This document shows, one piece after another, positions 1 through 11,350 of a stretch of 64,000 nt of DNA (positions are counted from its first letter, which is position 1; each line of letters starts with the position of its first letter). The notes under the pieces were generated by a model that was given only the letters and a program-made list of their open reading frames with translations, was not told where the DNA came from and ran no database searches. The DNA comes from Cycas panzhihuaensis. Taxonomy: Eukaryota; Plantae; Cycadophyta. A program made the translations under genes and the position numbers. The stretch is from positions 128,595,741 through 128,659,740 of the forward strand of contig CM041465.1 in assembly GCA_023213395.1 (NCBI GenBank). The letters are read 5' to 3'.

Positions 1-2602
1 TACATTTTGTACACATGAAGGACATTGTGAATTTTTGGTCATGTCATTTAACCATCCACCTTTCAAGGACTCATGAACAAACTCTTTCGACCTTACTTAA
101 GAAAGTTCATATTAGTCTTTTTTTATGACATTCTAATCTTTAATTGTACATGGGAAGACCATCTTTAGCATGTTGATAAGGTATTACAATTGCTTGCAGA
201 TAACTAGCTTTATGCCAAAAAATTAAAATGTCAATTTAGGCAAAAAGAAATAGAATATTTGGGCCATATTATCTCTCAAGAAGAAGTTAAGGTAAATCTT
301 AAGAAAATTACAATTATCACGAACTAGCCTAAACCCAAAAACATTAAGGGTATTTGTGGATTCTTAGGAATCACAGGGTATTATCAAAAGTTTGTTCATG
401 GCTATGCAAGGATTGCTTCCCCTTTAATCAACTTGTTAAAAAATGATTCCTTTCATTAGAATAATAAGGCCTCTAAAGCATTTAAACACCTAAAGTTGGC
501 TTTAACTACCACACCAATCCTTGTAATACCAGACTTTACAAAGACCTTTACCATTGAATGCGATGCATCGGGGTAAGGCATTAGAGTAGTCTTAATGCAA
601 GAAGGAAAATATTTGGTCTTTGAAAGTCATCAACTTATACCCAAGGAATAAGTCAAATCTACCTATAAGAAGGAGATGTTAACAATTCTCTATCTAATTA
701 GAAAATAATGACAATATTTATTAGGAACATATTTCCAAATTAAAATAGACCATGATAGCTTAAAATGTTTCTTAGCTTAAAGGATGATATCTAAGGAACA
801 AGAAAAATGGGTCACCAAAATCTAAGATTTTGACTTTGAAATCATATATAAAAAAGGAAAGGATAATATAGCTATTGATGCTTTATCTCATAAGGAAGAA
901 AGCTATGCACTATATTCTATCACCATGGTCAATCTCTCTTGGATAGTGGTCGCCAAGCAAGAATGGGATCAGGACCCCTTTACGAAGAAGATCATTCAAG
1001 ACCTTCAAGATGGGGTAGGGCATTCAACCTATTATACATGGTCTATAAATATTCTCTGTTATAAGAATTATATACATATATATATGCCCTCACTGTAGTG
1101 TTAAGGAGCAAATTTTACATGTTGCACATGCCTCTCTAATAGTATATCACTCAGAGTTTCTACAAACATGCCATCGCTTAAAATAATCTTTCTTTTGGAA
1201 GGGACAAAAAAGAGATGTAAAGAGATATGTTTCCTCATGTGAAATTTATCAATCATATAAGGTAGAAACAATCAAGTCTCTAGGATTGTTGCAACCCCTT
1301 TCCATACCAATCAACGATGGGAAGAAATTTCTATGGACTTCATTATGGGTCTATCCAAGTCAGAAGGAAAAGATGTTATATTAGTGGTTATTGATAGGCT
1401 AACCAAATATGCTCATTTTTGTGGCATTCAAGCCACATATAAGACAAAGCAAATTATTGATATCTTTTCAAAGAATATACATAGGTTGCATGGCATACCT
1501 AAATGCGTAGTCAGTGATCAAGACTCCAAGTTTACTAATAACTTATAGATGGAACTCTTCCATTTACTTGGTACTAAACTAACAATGAGCTCATCCTACC
1601 ATCCATAAATAGATGATCAAACTAAGGTGGTTAATAAGTGCCTTAAAGGATACCTTCATTATTATAGTTCAGATAAGTAGGGCCGATGGCATCATTGACT
1701 TCCTTTAGCAGAATGATGGTATAATAGAACCTGTCATGCATCAACAAGAATAAATCCGTTCTAAGCATTATATGGCTATGAACCACCCAAACTTAAGAAT
1801 TATACCATAATTAGTTATAAGGTTCAAGTAGTTGAGGACCACATCCAACAAACAACATAAATTCTTAAGCTACTTAAAGAAAATCTAAATCTTACACAAA
1901 ATCAAACAAAACATCAGGCAAATAAAGGACAAAGTGAATGAGAATTTCAACTAGGTGATTAAGTATACTTACGATTGTAACCATATAAGCAAACATCTCT
2001 CAAATGGGATGGGCAATATAAATTACAACCTTGATTTTATGGGCCTTACAAAATTCTCAAGAAGATTGGTAAAGTTGCATATGCTATGGACTTACCACCA
2101 CTATTAAGGATTTATAATATCTTTCATGTTTCATGTCTCAAGAGGGTAATAAGGCAGCAAGTATAAGCTCAAACAGAATTACCTATCTTAAATAAGGAGG
2201 GGTAGTGCTAACTTATTCTAGAATGTATTATAGACCGAAGAATTTGACATCTATGATCTAGGAAAATCATTTAGTATCTCATCAAATGGAAATAACTTCT
2301 AAGATAAGATGCAACCTAGGAGAATGAGCAATTTTGTCCAAGAGCGTCATGAGATTAAAAAGCTTTGAGGGTAAATCTTTTTTAAGAGGGGACTTTGTTA
2401 GGGATCCAACCCCTAACTTACCTTCTCTTATATCTTCTACTTCTTCTCTCTCTTATCTTCTCTTATATCTTCTATTTCTTCCCTCTTCTTAATATCCCAC
2501 ATGTATAAGTAGAAGGTTGTGTAATGGTCATTGAGCACTATATATAATCATGTAATATCCTACATGCATAAGAAGAAGGTTGTGTAGTGAGCATAGAGCC
2601 AT

Positions 2603-2641
<39 letters not shown>

Positions 2642-2805
2642 TAGATATAGATATAATCTTTAGAGTAGGGCATCTAAAATATCATTGTTATTACATGTAA
2701 TTGGAAGGTTGGCCCCTCGAAGGGCATTGCAATACAAGTGTTTCTTTAGAGTTATTTGTATGTTATGTTGGTGTGTAATTGTTATTAAGGAGTGGTGTCC
2801 TACTA
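1..2805 (+). mobile_element. 3' part of degenerate Ty3/Gypsy chromovirus (RT end, RNase H, integrase, chromodomain, PPT, 3' LTR)
   Basis: Interrupted frames give GHCEFLVM (RT), FTIECDASG (RNase H), MDFIMGLSKSEGKDVILVVIDRLTKYAHF (integrase ORF 1333-1548), the GPY/F motif FYGPYKILKKIG and chromodomain-like YLIKWK near 2275. PPT AAGAGGGGA at 2384-2392 precedes TGTTAGGGA. Confidence 0.9.
2396..2805 (+). repeat. Probable 3' LTR of the chromovirus, containing a (CA)n(TA)n(GATATA)n microsatellite
   Basis: Begins TGTTAGGGA just after the PPT. The end is inferred from the degenerate inverted terminus TCCTACTA near 2805. The partner LTR is outside the window. Confidence 0.55.
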
Positions 2806-2837
2806 AGCTAGGTGCTAGCCCATTCAACCTAAGAGGA

Positions 2838-3149
2838 GGTAATGGTCTACTTGGTATGGGGCCCTCTTTACTAATACCTCGAGGTTTTGGTATAACGGTT
2901 CGTTACAAGTGGTATTAGAGCCAAGACCTAGGTTTGAATCCCGTGGGAGTAACACCACTTATAGGGGTGGCAGGATGACATTCCAAATATCGCTAATGCG
3001 TAAAATATCATCATAGCTAGGGCTTGTGGGACGCATGAACGCCAGTGAAAGTGGGGCTAGCCTGTTCAACCAAGGGGGAGGTAATAGTCTACTTGGTGGG
3101 GGGTCCTCTTCACTAACACCTTGAGGTTTTAGTGTAACAATTCGTTACA
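2838..3149 (+). mobile_element. TRIM-like miniature non-autonomous LTR element (70-bp terminal repeats, tRNA-iMet PBS, PPT)
   Basis: Direct repeats at 2838-2907 and 3080-3149 (GGTAAT...CGTTACA). PBS TGGTATTAGAGCC at 2910-2922. PPT AAGGGGGA immediately before the second repeat. No coding capacity. Confidence 0.8.
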
Positions 3150-4250
3150 AGGGAAAATATATGAAATAGGAAAGAGCAAGAGAGAATGAGATTGAAGAAA
3201 TAAGGAGTTATTACAAAAGATAGACGGGGTAAAGAAGGGAGAAGGAGTAAAATAAGGGTCATGGGATGTTTATAGCTTTTTGACCCTAAATTTTACATAA
3301 GAAAAATACCTAATCCACTTGGATAGGTGCAAAGAATTTGTCAAAATAGGATAGATGAGTTTTAAGAGTGAAATTTGAGTAGTGGGGCCCATTAGTAACC
3401 CAGATGCCACTATACCCAAAAATTAATTGAAGAAATTGACCTAATGCAAAATGATTAGGTTGATGTGCTGATCTAAATAATATGTATAAATTTTAATAAT
3501 ATTTTTTTTGCTATGGACTTCTTTTTTCTTTCCTTATGGTGAATTCATTTGTTAAGGCCATTTCTCAATCTAAGCAATATTAACAAAGTTATGACCTTTA
3601 CTTTCTAGGTATGTGCATGTAGTAACTAGGTGTTCAATAACTATATCACATGCTTGATTTTTTTCTCTAAAGAGAATGACAAATCAAGAGAAGCCTACCA
3701 GACACTAATAAGGGAGTGTTTAATTCTATAGGCCCTATGATAAGCTTCTTTATCATTACTGTAGCTCAGCCCAATATCTCATAACACTACCTATGAAAGA
3801 AGCACCATTTCTATAAGGTCTATAATCATGTGGAGTTGTTCATATAGAGTAACTTCTAGGCACTAATTATTAACTCATGCACCATAGAAGATAAATGACC
3901 GAAGGGTTACCTATGCTAGGATAAAGAGGAAGCTTATAGGGGTCCTCATATATATCGAAAGGTATATGAAGGCACAAGTCCGTAGATGAGTTATGTCAAA
4001 GGCTTGGTTTAATAGACTTAATTTAAGTCCTTCATGTAATGGAAAAAAAACCACAATACACTTAGCCCAAAATGACATATCCTTGAGCTTTTTGTAGACC
4101 CCTAACATAGGCTCTCTAACTAAATTTGATGGCTGCCAAACAGAGTTATCTACTCGAGAAGAAGAAGGGAGGGAGTAGATCTAAACATAAATACTTAAAA
4201 GTTAAAATCATAGAACTAAAATAAAGATGACTAAAAACTAAATAAATTTT

Positions 4251-4917
4251 TGTAGGAGGAGAGTTATGAATATCACTAAGGGGGGGGAAATTCTATTTTT
4301 TTGCTACTCCCAAAACACTTCCAAAGAGTCGTTGAATTGGGCTTTGATACTACTTGGACTATATCTTCCAAAAAATAATCGTGTAAATCTAATACAAATG
4401 GAAGACAGAAGGACAATTGAGCACTTATTATAGAATAAATCACCCAAATCAAATCACACAAAAATATAATAAACGCCAAAAGGGAGTACTAAAGTACTTT
4501 TCTCTTCAAAAGGGAATAGTAGTCAATGCCTTTATAAGTGATCTTTGACCTTTAAATAAACACAAGGGAGGTCTCTTTCTTGTGATCCTATTAGTGGCCT
4601 TAATGGCCTTACATCTTATTGGAGGACTTAGCAAACTGTGCACAAAGCTTAATAGCTAACATCAATACTTAATCCTTTGGTGGTTGTCGTTTACTAATGC
4701 TTACAAAAGTGGGGTTACATTAAATTTTATAGTGGTTAATCTCTTTGATCCTCTCTTATGTAAGGTAACTTTTTATGAAGAGTTAACTTGTGAAGCCTTG
4801 ACCCTTTAACCTATCAAATTTCACATGTCCTTTAGTATACTTAAAAAAACTTTTACTTGGTAAACTTCTCCACCGTTTATATCAACCATTATGGGCTTAT
4901 TTAAAACTTCACCTACA
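4251..4917 (-). repeat. Probable solo or orphan LTR
   Basis: Perfect 6-bp inverted termini TGTAGG...CCTACA. On the minus strand there is a TATA-like CTATAAAA near 4730 and a C-run near the 3' end, as in SIRE-type Copia U5. No matching TSD, PBS or PPT. Confidence 0.4.
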
Positions 4918-7900
4918 ACGAAGTATTGACTTGCAAAACTCATTTGAATTGATGCCTTTATGAGGATTGACTTGCGATCAAGATCCCCTATGACTCACAT
5001 AAAAAGTAAATATTTATAGTGATGTTCCTATATTAAAAAGCAAAATAAAAATAAATTCCATCCAAGATATATAAAGCTTTAGGAAATAGAAACTATGGAT
5101 TTATAGGGTAGATGACTAATGAATTGGGATGAGCTACAAAATATGATAGAATATAACAGCAAATTCTCAAATGGAAACACACTAAAAACTTAAGAAATAT
5201 ATGTTATTTATGAAATGAATACATATACACACACACCACACACACACATAGAGATATAGATATTATATAAATTATAAAAAATTAATTATGAAAAAGATAT
5301 AGGCAATGTTATTACCAAACTGTAGAGTAGAGAAGACATCAATAATTTATGTTATTTGAATCAATATACTCTTTAAATGAGTTATGATGCTTGTATAATG
5401 TAAAGAATGCTAGTTGTAAGTGGCTCATTTTATAATTATTATATAGAATTTTCTAAGATTTATTTTTTAGAACGATGTTTCAAGAAGAGGGAATTTTTAA
5501 ATATGAATGGCAAGATAGCCAAAAATGATAAGAGGCAAAAGAGATCATTTGTACATCCTTAAGAACTCAAATTGCAGCCTAATATTGTCAAAAACCTCCT
5601 ATAAAAATTGTCAAAATGAATTTGATAGGAGAAATACATATTATGCCACGTAGGTTTAGAATACCCTATCTTATAACCACTTAATTTAGCCCCTTGCTTT
5701 TGGTAGCCACTAAAAATAAAGAGTTTGAGTAGTTAGGATGTTATATCCATGGGCAAGATTCCATTTTTTCTTATAACAATTTTATTTCCTCTATATGAGA
5801 TGGCATTTTGCAAGAAAATAAGAGCTTAACTCTTTTATGGGATGGCAAAGTTAGCTAAAGAAAACTAATGATTTTAGAAATAATCATATTATTTAGGCAA
5901 TCTAAAGATCTTAATCAGCCCCCTAAGAAGTTTTATCTTACCTCGAAGGAATATGCTGTAATGTTGTCATTGAATTAAATTTAAAACATAGTTTGACATT
6001 GTAAAGTGTTATCATGTTTTGTATTTATATTATTTGTGATCATATCCTTAAGGATATGAGAAAATTAGCTTGATTATAATAGCTATGAATTGAAGTATAT
6101 TGAAGTTGTAATACAATATAATTTCATGCATCCTAAAGAAATTCTATTGTATTGATTTTCTAATTAATGTATGACACAAACATCATTAGGGACTATAGAT
6201 ACTTTTACTAGTATAATTACATATAAAATGTTCCACTTGCATATAACAGATTCTAAAATGGTTGTATGTGAAATGTTATGCAAATATTAGAAGATTTTTT
6301 GAATTTTTAAATTTCAATTTCAAAACAAATTTTCAAGGGTAATTTAGTTGTTAAATTCTAATCCATGATAGGTAAGTTCTCAAGTTGATAAATTACTTAA
6401 AAATTAATTAAAATATCTTCAATTCAAATATATGAAAAGTTATAAAATATGTAGAAAATTAGAAATAAAGATGATAGATGTGATTGAGTAATGAAAAACT
6501 CCCTTTTGCATTTATTTATAAAGAAATATGGTGAATGCAATGAGATTTCATAAAAAAGTATATTTTTAAAGCAAATTTCTTATTGGAATTTTGTTTATTA
6601 AGCATTTAAGAGATTGATTTTATAAGAAGGGGATCCACTTCCAATTTGTGTAATAGATATTAAAGCTACTCGTACATATAATTAGAAGAAATCATAAATG
6701 TGCCCTTTATAGTTATTGTTGCCCATATTTAATATGCAAGACAACTTTTGAACTAGGATGCCAAGCTTACTTCAATTTTGATAATCAAGTGGGATTTACC
6801 ATGCATGTAGAAACCCCCTTTTTGTCTATTGTGATGAATATATGCAACACAAAAGTTCAACTAATTTTTAAAAATGTGCATGGAAGATAAGTAGCCTTGT
6901 AGTCAATTCTCAATAAAATAGTTAATAAGAAAAGGGGTACTAAGTCATTATGCCAATAAAAAACATTCTATGGACATGTTGGTATTGGGCTATCAATCTA
7001 TTGCACAAACAATTTGCTTGGGAGATTTTAGGGCAATACTCTTTTATTGCCAAGTCTATTTCTCATCCCTTTCTTCTCTATGATATGGAATTGAAGGGGA
7101 TGTCCAAACTCTACTTCAAGCGTTAATGGCTCGCCATGACAAATTTGAAGGAGCAATAGAGAGAAATGTGAAAACCCATGGGACCACATTTCTCCAATAG
7201 CTCTTGAAAAACCTTAGTAGCTATTACTGAGATTTTTAGGAAGCTCCCCTTGATGGGACCCTTAGGGTATCAAATAATGAGGGATAATGATATTTGTCTT
7301 TCATTTTTTAAATTGTTTTTGTTTGTTTCTTCATAGATAAAATGGCTTAATGGTGCACGTCACTATAGTTGACCTTGAATGGACTCTTAATTTAGGCATT
7401 GCTTATTAAAACAAAAAGCAAACTCCTTTTGTGTTCACCATGAAAATCATTTACAACTTACATATGATAGAGAAGTTATTGGTCTAATATGATCCAAACC
7501 AAAAAAAAAAAAAAAAGACAATTCAACAAATTTTAAAGCATTCATTATGCACTAGAACCTAATCATGGGATAATTTTCCACATATCCATAGCCAATGCAT
7601 CCTATTATAATTCTATTACTATGTTGGTATAATTTTAGAAATATTTTTTATTAAAATTTGTATATGCTTTTGTATTGTATAGTTGGGTTTAGGGATAAAA
7701 TTTTAGGACATTAATACTTATAAGAGGGGCATTAAAACTAGCAAAAACTAGCAAAACTACAATTCCAAAGTAAAGCAAAGCCAAATTTTAGTTCTCCAAG
7801 AGATGTACAAATGTACAAACCTCAATTTTATAAACGTGCCACTAATTCTAATAAAATCCATCTATGCAAAGGACCCTTGCGCTTGTGTTTACAATAAATA

Positions 7901-8335
7901 GATGCATTGAGAGAACCCTTCTCATTGAAGATTGACCGTGCCTTCTATATATATATATTTTAATCCCTAATTCGGTTGCTTGGTCATAATATGTTGGAAG
8001 TATCCCTCTTCATTGCATATTGCGGATGCAATTCAACCTTTGCCACAGAAGAAACTCATGGAAGAAATTCAAGGGAGTGTAAGTCGGCCCAATTATTGGA
8101 AGGCAAACCGCCATATGTCGTTTTATGTATTAAATTAAATTGCACCGGGAGAACCTTTCCGGTCGGTGGACTACGGATAAAAGCAGAATGTACGGAGCAC
8201 CTCCTGACAACCTCCAAAAAATGCGAGATGGACCACCCACATATTTTACATCGTTTCTGTATTATCAGAAATGGAGGGAGTTTCAGAATAACTATACAAA
8301 GAATTTAAATGGTTGCTGATTTGAGGGTCTGAACG

Positions 8336-8626
8336 ATGGTAATGGCAACGCATAGAATAAAATTATTCAATGCAAACGCGTCCATTCTCATCCCACCCCC
8401 ATCACCTCCTTACACTTTACGCACACTGTTGGCTGATTCTATCCGTTGCCGTTTCTCTTCTCTACCCTCCATTTCCCTGCATTTGAATTCTGCACCGAAA
8501 GGGTTGCGGAGGCACTTATTGGTAAGCGCCACGTCACTTTGGGGTGCCGTTACATCTCTGATGGGAGCTAATTCTGGTCGGGAAGCTGCTCTCGCCGTTA
8601 AGCGAGGGATGCAGCTATTTGTTCAG
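8336..8626 (+). CDS. TPR-like superfamily protein, exon 1 (transit-peptide-like N-terminus)
   Basis: ATG at 8336. Ser/Pro/Arg-rich N-terminus with few acidic residues, then AVKRGMQLFVQ ending at a CAG|GT donor. 291 nt, phase 0. Confidence 0.85.
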
Positions 8627-8836
8627 GTATTTTACCGTGCAGCCAAATAACCATCCGGATAATGCATGCACTATTACCCGGGAAGAGATCCTTATTTATG
8701 TAAATGAAGAATTACTGTCGGCTTCGGGTTTTCCCAATGCTGATTTCCTTAAGAATATCGGAAACACCATTGAAATTCTAGAATTTGGTAAGCTTTTACT
8801 GCATTTTGACGATTACATGCTGTGTCTGACGTGCAG

Positions 8837-8903
8837 GGTGATGTTCAGGAGTCAGTAGTTGAATTTGACAAAGCATTGGAGTTGGACCCTCGGCAGAAAG
8901 CAT
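8837..8903 (+). CDS. TPR-like protein exon 2 (GDVQESVVEFDKALELDPRQKA)
   Basis: TGCAG acceptor and T|GTATGT donor. 67 nt, in frame with exons 1 and 3. Contains the TPR helix-B motif FDKALELDP. Confidence 0.92.
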
Positions 8904-9289
8904 GTATGTAAATCTTTCAAGGGTAGAGGCTCCGTTGCCTTTTCTGTATTGGTTTTACTATGCCAAAACAGATAGTATGATATATTTTGCTCACCAAAGG
9001 TATTACAGTGGGTTCACACAGATGGTCAGGATCTTGACCATAGAACATGTCGATTATGGTTACTGGGATTTTATGTAACCCAACTGCCCGTCTTAATCCA
9101 CCCTTGGTATAGTTGGGGACTTCCACTATAGATTGCAATGCTAAAATAATTTTCAGAAATAGTGTGGCAGCCCACTGAACGTTATAGTCTGCAGGAAGTG
9201 ACTCTTATTTAATTCCACTCGTCTATATAGAATTGCATTGCAATCTACCTTGTGTTATATTTTAATAATTTACGGCTCGATTTTCCCAG

Positions 9290-9329
9290 ATCTCTGGCAG
9301 CGGGGACTCTCATTGTACTACCTAAACAG
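9290..9329 (+). CDS. TPR-like protein exon 3 (YLWQRGLSLYYLNR)
   Basis: TTTTCCCAG acceptor and AG|GTATTG donor. 40 nt, phases compatible with both neighbours. Confidence 0.92.
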
Positions 9330-9474
9330 GTATTGGCAGGTTTGCTATGGTTAATTTCCATGGGGCCCGAAGGTCTAAGTGGATGTTCAAATATATGGAA
9401 TTCATTTTACTGCTGGGTCGATTTGAGCTTCTATTTGATTTTAGGGAGATCATACCTCTTTTCTTTGTCTATAG

Positions 9475-9607
9475 GTTTGAAGAAGGAGCAGCTCAATTTC
9501 GGGAGGATGTTGCTGCTAATCCCAATGACACCGAGGAGTCAATTTGGTGTTTTCTCTGCGAAGCTCGATTATATGGGGTTGATGAAGCACGGAGGCGTTT
9601 TCTAGAG
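9475..9607 (+). CDS. TPR-like protein exon 4 (FEEGAAQFREDVAANPNDTEESIWCFLCEARLYGVDEARRRFLE)
   Basis: Pyrimidine tract plus TAG acceptor. NPNDTEESIWCFLCEA is the conserved motif of this plant/bacterial TPR family. The exon ends at GAG|GCAATT, a GC donor. Confidence 0.9.
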
Positions 9608-9907
9608 GCAATTTGATGCTGTCATTTTGTTTTGTTATTGTTGAACGGACATGCCCTGCTCTAAAGTCTTGTTCACGTTGCATAAACAAAGAGTAATGCT
9701 GAGAATTAAGATTTTAAAGGGGAATGCAAACTGATATTTTTTTTATAAAGTCCTTAGCCTAGTACAAATATCTCAGAGAAGCAAGTTTGTTACCCAATTT
9801 TGATATAATTAGGGTTAATGATCTAGTACAAACAGGATTATTTCCAACATAGGCTCTGGGTCTGTTGCAATCTTGGTTGATTAGGAATGACACGAGTGAC
9901 CTAGGTT

Positions 9908-10915
9908 TGTAGGACACAAAGCACTCTTAGAAGTGAGTGGACACCTGGGTAAAAACGGTTTGATAGTGGCAAGAAGACATTACCATAAGCCCTTACAAAT
10001 TTTCACATAAAAATAGTTTCAAACGTAACAAGAGGGAGAAGTTGTGAGTTTGATCGGGGAACCCAAAGTAAGTATGTACATATCATTCAACAAAAGTGAT
10101 TTCTCATTTTTGGATAATAAAATCCATTCCAGATCAAATTTTATGGTATTAAAGCAAGGTTGGACTAATCAACATTTGTTAAAAGTGAAGGTGGATGTTC
10201 TATACAGGAACAGAGTATATTGAGGAGGGACGAGCATCTTGAGAACTGCCATCAACCATCAGATGACTTTGATGGACTAGGAGCATAGGAGTAGCTAGTA
10301 TGGCAATTGAAGATTTTAACCTCTAGGAGATGAACCCCTTAGAGGAGAAGGTGGAATTAACAGAAAAGAAATTGGATGACTTCCAAGTGGAGGGAAGGAA
10401 TCAAATGATGTAGATCCTATAGGTAGTACAGTTATAAACAGCAAATGTAGTATTGCCAAGTAGGAGATCACATATGTCTAGCCTACAAGGTATGAATGCC
10501 ACCTTAAAGGTAGAAACAAAAATGGAAATATGCACATATGATGGGAGAAGAGATGCCTAAATAAGTGATAATTAGTTAAGACAAATGCAAATATACTTCT
10601 CTTGTTAGAATTATGCTGACATACAAAAGATATCTTTCACTTTATTGAAAGTGTCTAGCCAAGCATTCCTTTGGTGGGAAAGACTAATGGAAAGACATGT
10701 ATGACAAAAAGAGGGCCCATTGTGACATGGGAGACCTCAAAAAAATTTAATCAAGAAAACTTTCTATCTTATAGACTATTTACGAAATCTAAAAATACAT
10801 TGGTAATATATAAAACAAAAGCTAGGGCAATTAGTGCAATCTTATTATGAGTAATTTCAATAGTTAACTATTAAATTACAATTCAAAGATGGTGACTAGA
10901 CTTTGATGAAAAAGT
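9908..10915 (+). mobile_element. 5' part of an old Ty3/Gypsy element (LTR remnant, Met PBS, gag remnant), interrupted at 10916
   Basis: PBS-like TGGTATTAAAGC at 10144-10155. Gag-like EICTYDGRRDA..LRQMQIYF..AFLWWE at about 10525-10680. LTR start uncertain. Confidence 0.6.
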
Positions 10916-11350
10916 TGTTGACAAGTACTTGGCCCATTGACTTCCCAAAATCGCCTAATAATGTACTCGTGTTGTGTCCTTATACTCTTGACATCAGTTG
11001 CACTTAGATCACTTACAACATATATGACAACTTACAACATATTCACATATGCAACATATCAATCATCACACTAGAAACAACTAATATCAATCACAAAGAT
11101 GCACAAGTATTTTTTCATAACTCATATATTTTATTATCATCACTGAATAGAACGTTACATCACTTGCATTGTTTGGTTCTCATTGTTGAGCCAATGGGAG
11201 AAATGACCCTTTTATACACTTTTACATGGCCAAAACTTTAAAGTGTACTACTTTTACAATTTGACATTTAACCATTCATAGCACAAAACCCTAATTAATA
11301 CTAATTAATGCTGCTTGGTATGTCTATATGTCCATATGATCATACCATCA
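10916..11350 (-). repeat. Probable 3' LTR of the minus-strand Athila-like element
   Basis: Minus strand reads TGATGG...TCAACA, with a TATA box (TGTATAAAAGGG) followed by AATAAAA. The left edge interrupts a gag remnant. No clear PPT, so the inner boundary is uncertain. Confidence 0.5.

Noticed and set aside
2880-2950. A functional tRNA gene
   Set aside because: No proper acceptor stem or canonical 7-nt anticodon loop, and it is embedded in LTR/PBS structure. Kept only as a tRNA-like promoter hypothesis.
3700-4170. Coding-like composition upstream of the solo LTR
   Set aside because: No recognisable protein motif in the frames examined.
6480-7300. Possible hAT transposase remnant (faint NVPL..AHI and FYG..QSIA-like traces)
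   Set aside because: Too degenerate to support by eye and no TIRs found. Needs tBLASTn/HMM.
7940-8095. (TA)n TATA-like run and a GGCCCA site II motif as promoter elements
   Set aside because: Short motifs expected by chance, with no TSS evidence.
7976-8308. 110-aa ORF just upstream of the TPR gene
   Set aside because: No recognisable motif and a TTG start. More likely promoter/5' UTR.
9252-9616. Single-exon ORFs 9252-9605 and 9347-9616
   Set aside because: They overlap real exons 3-4 plus intron sequence. The spliced model fits better.
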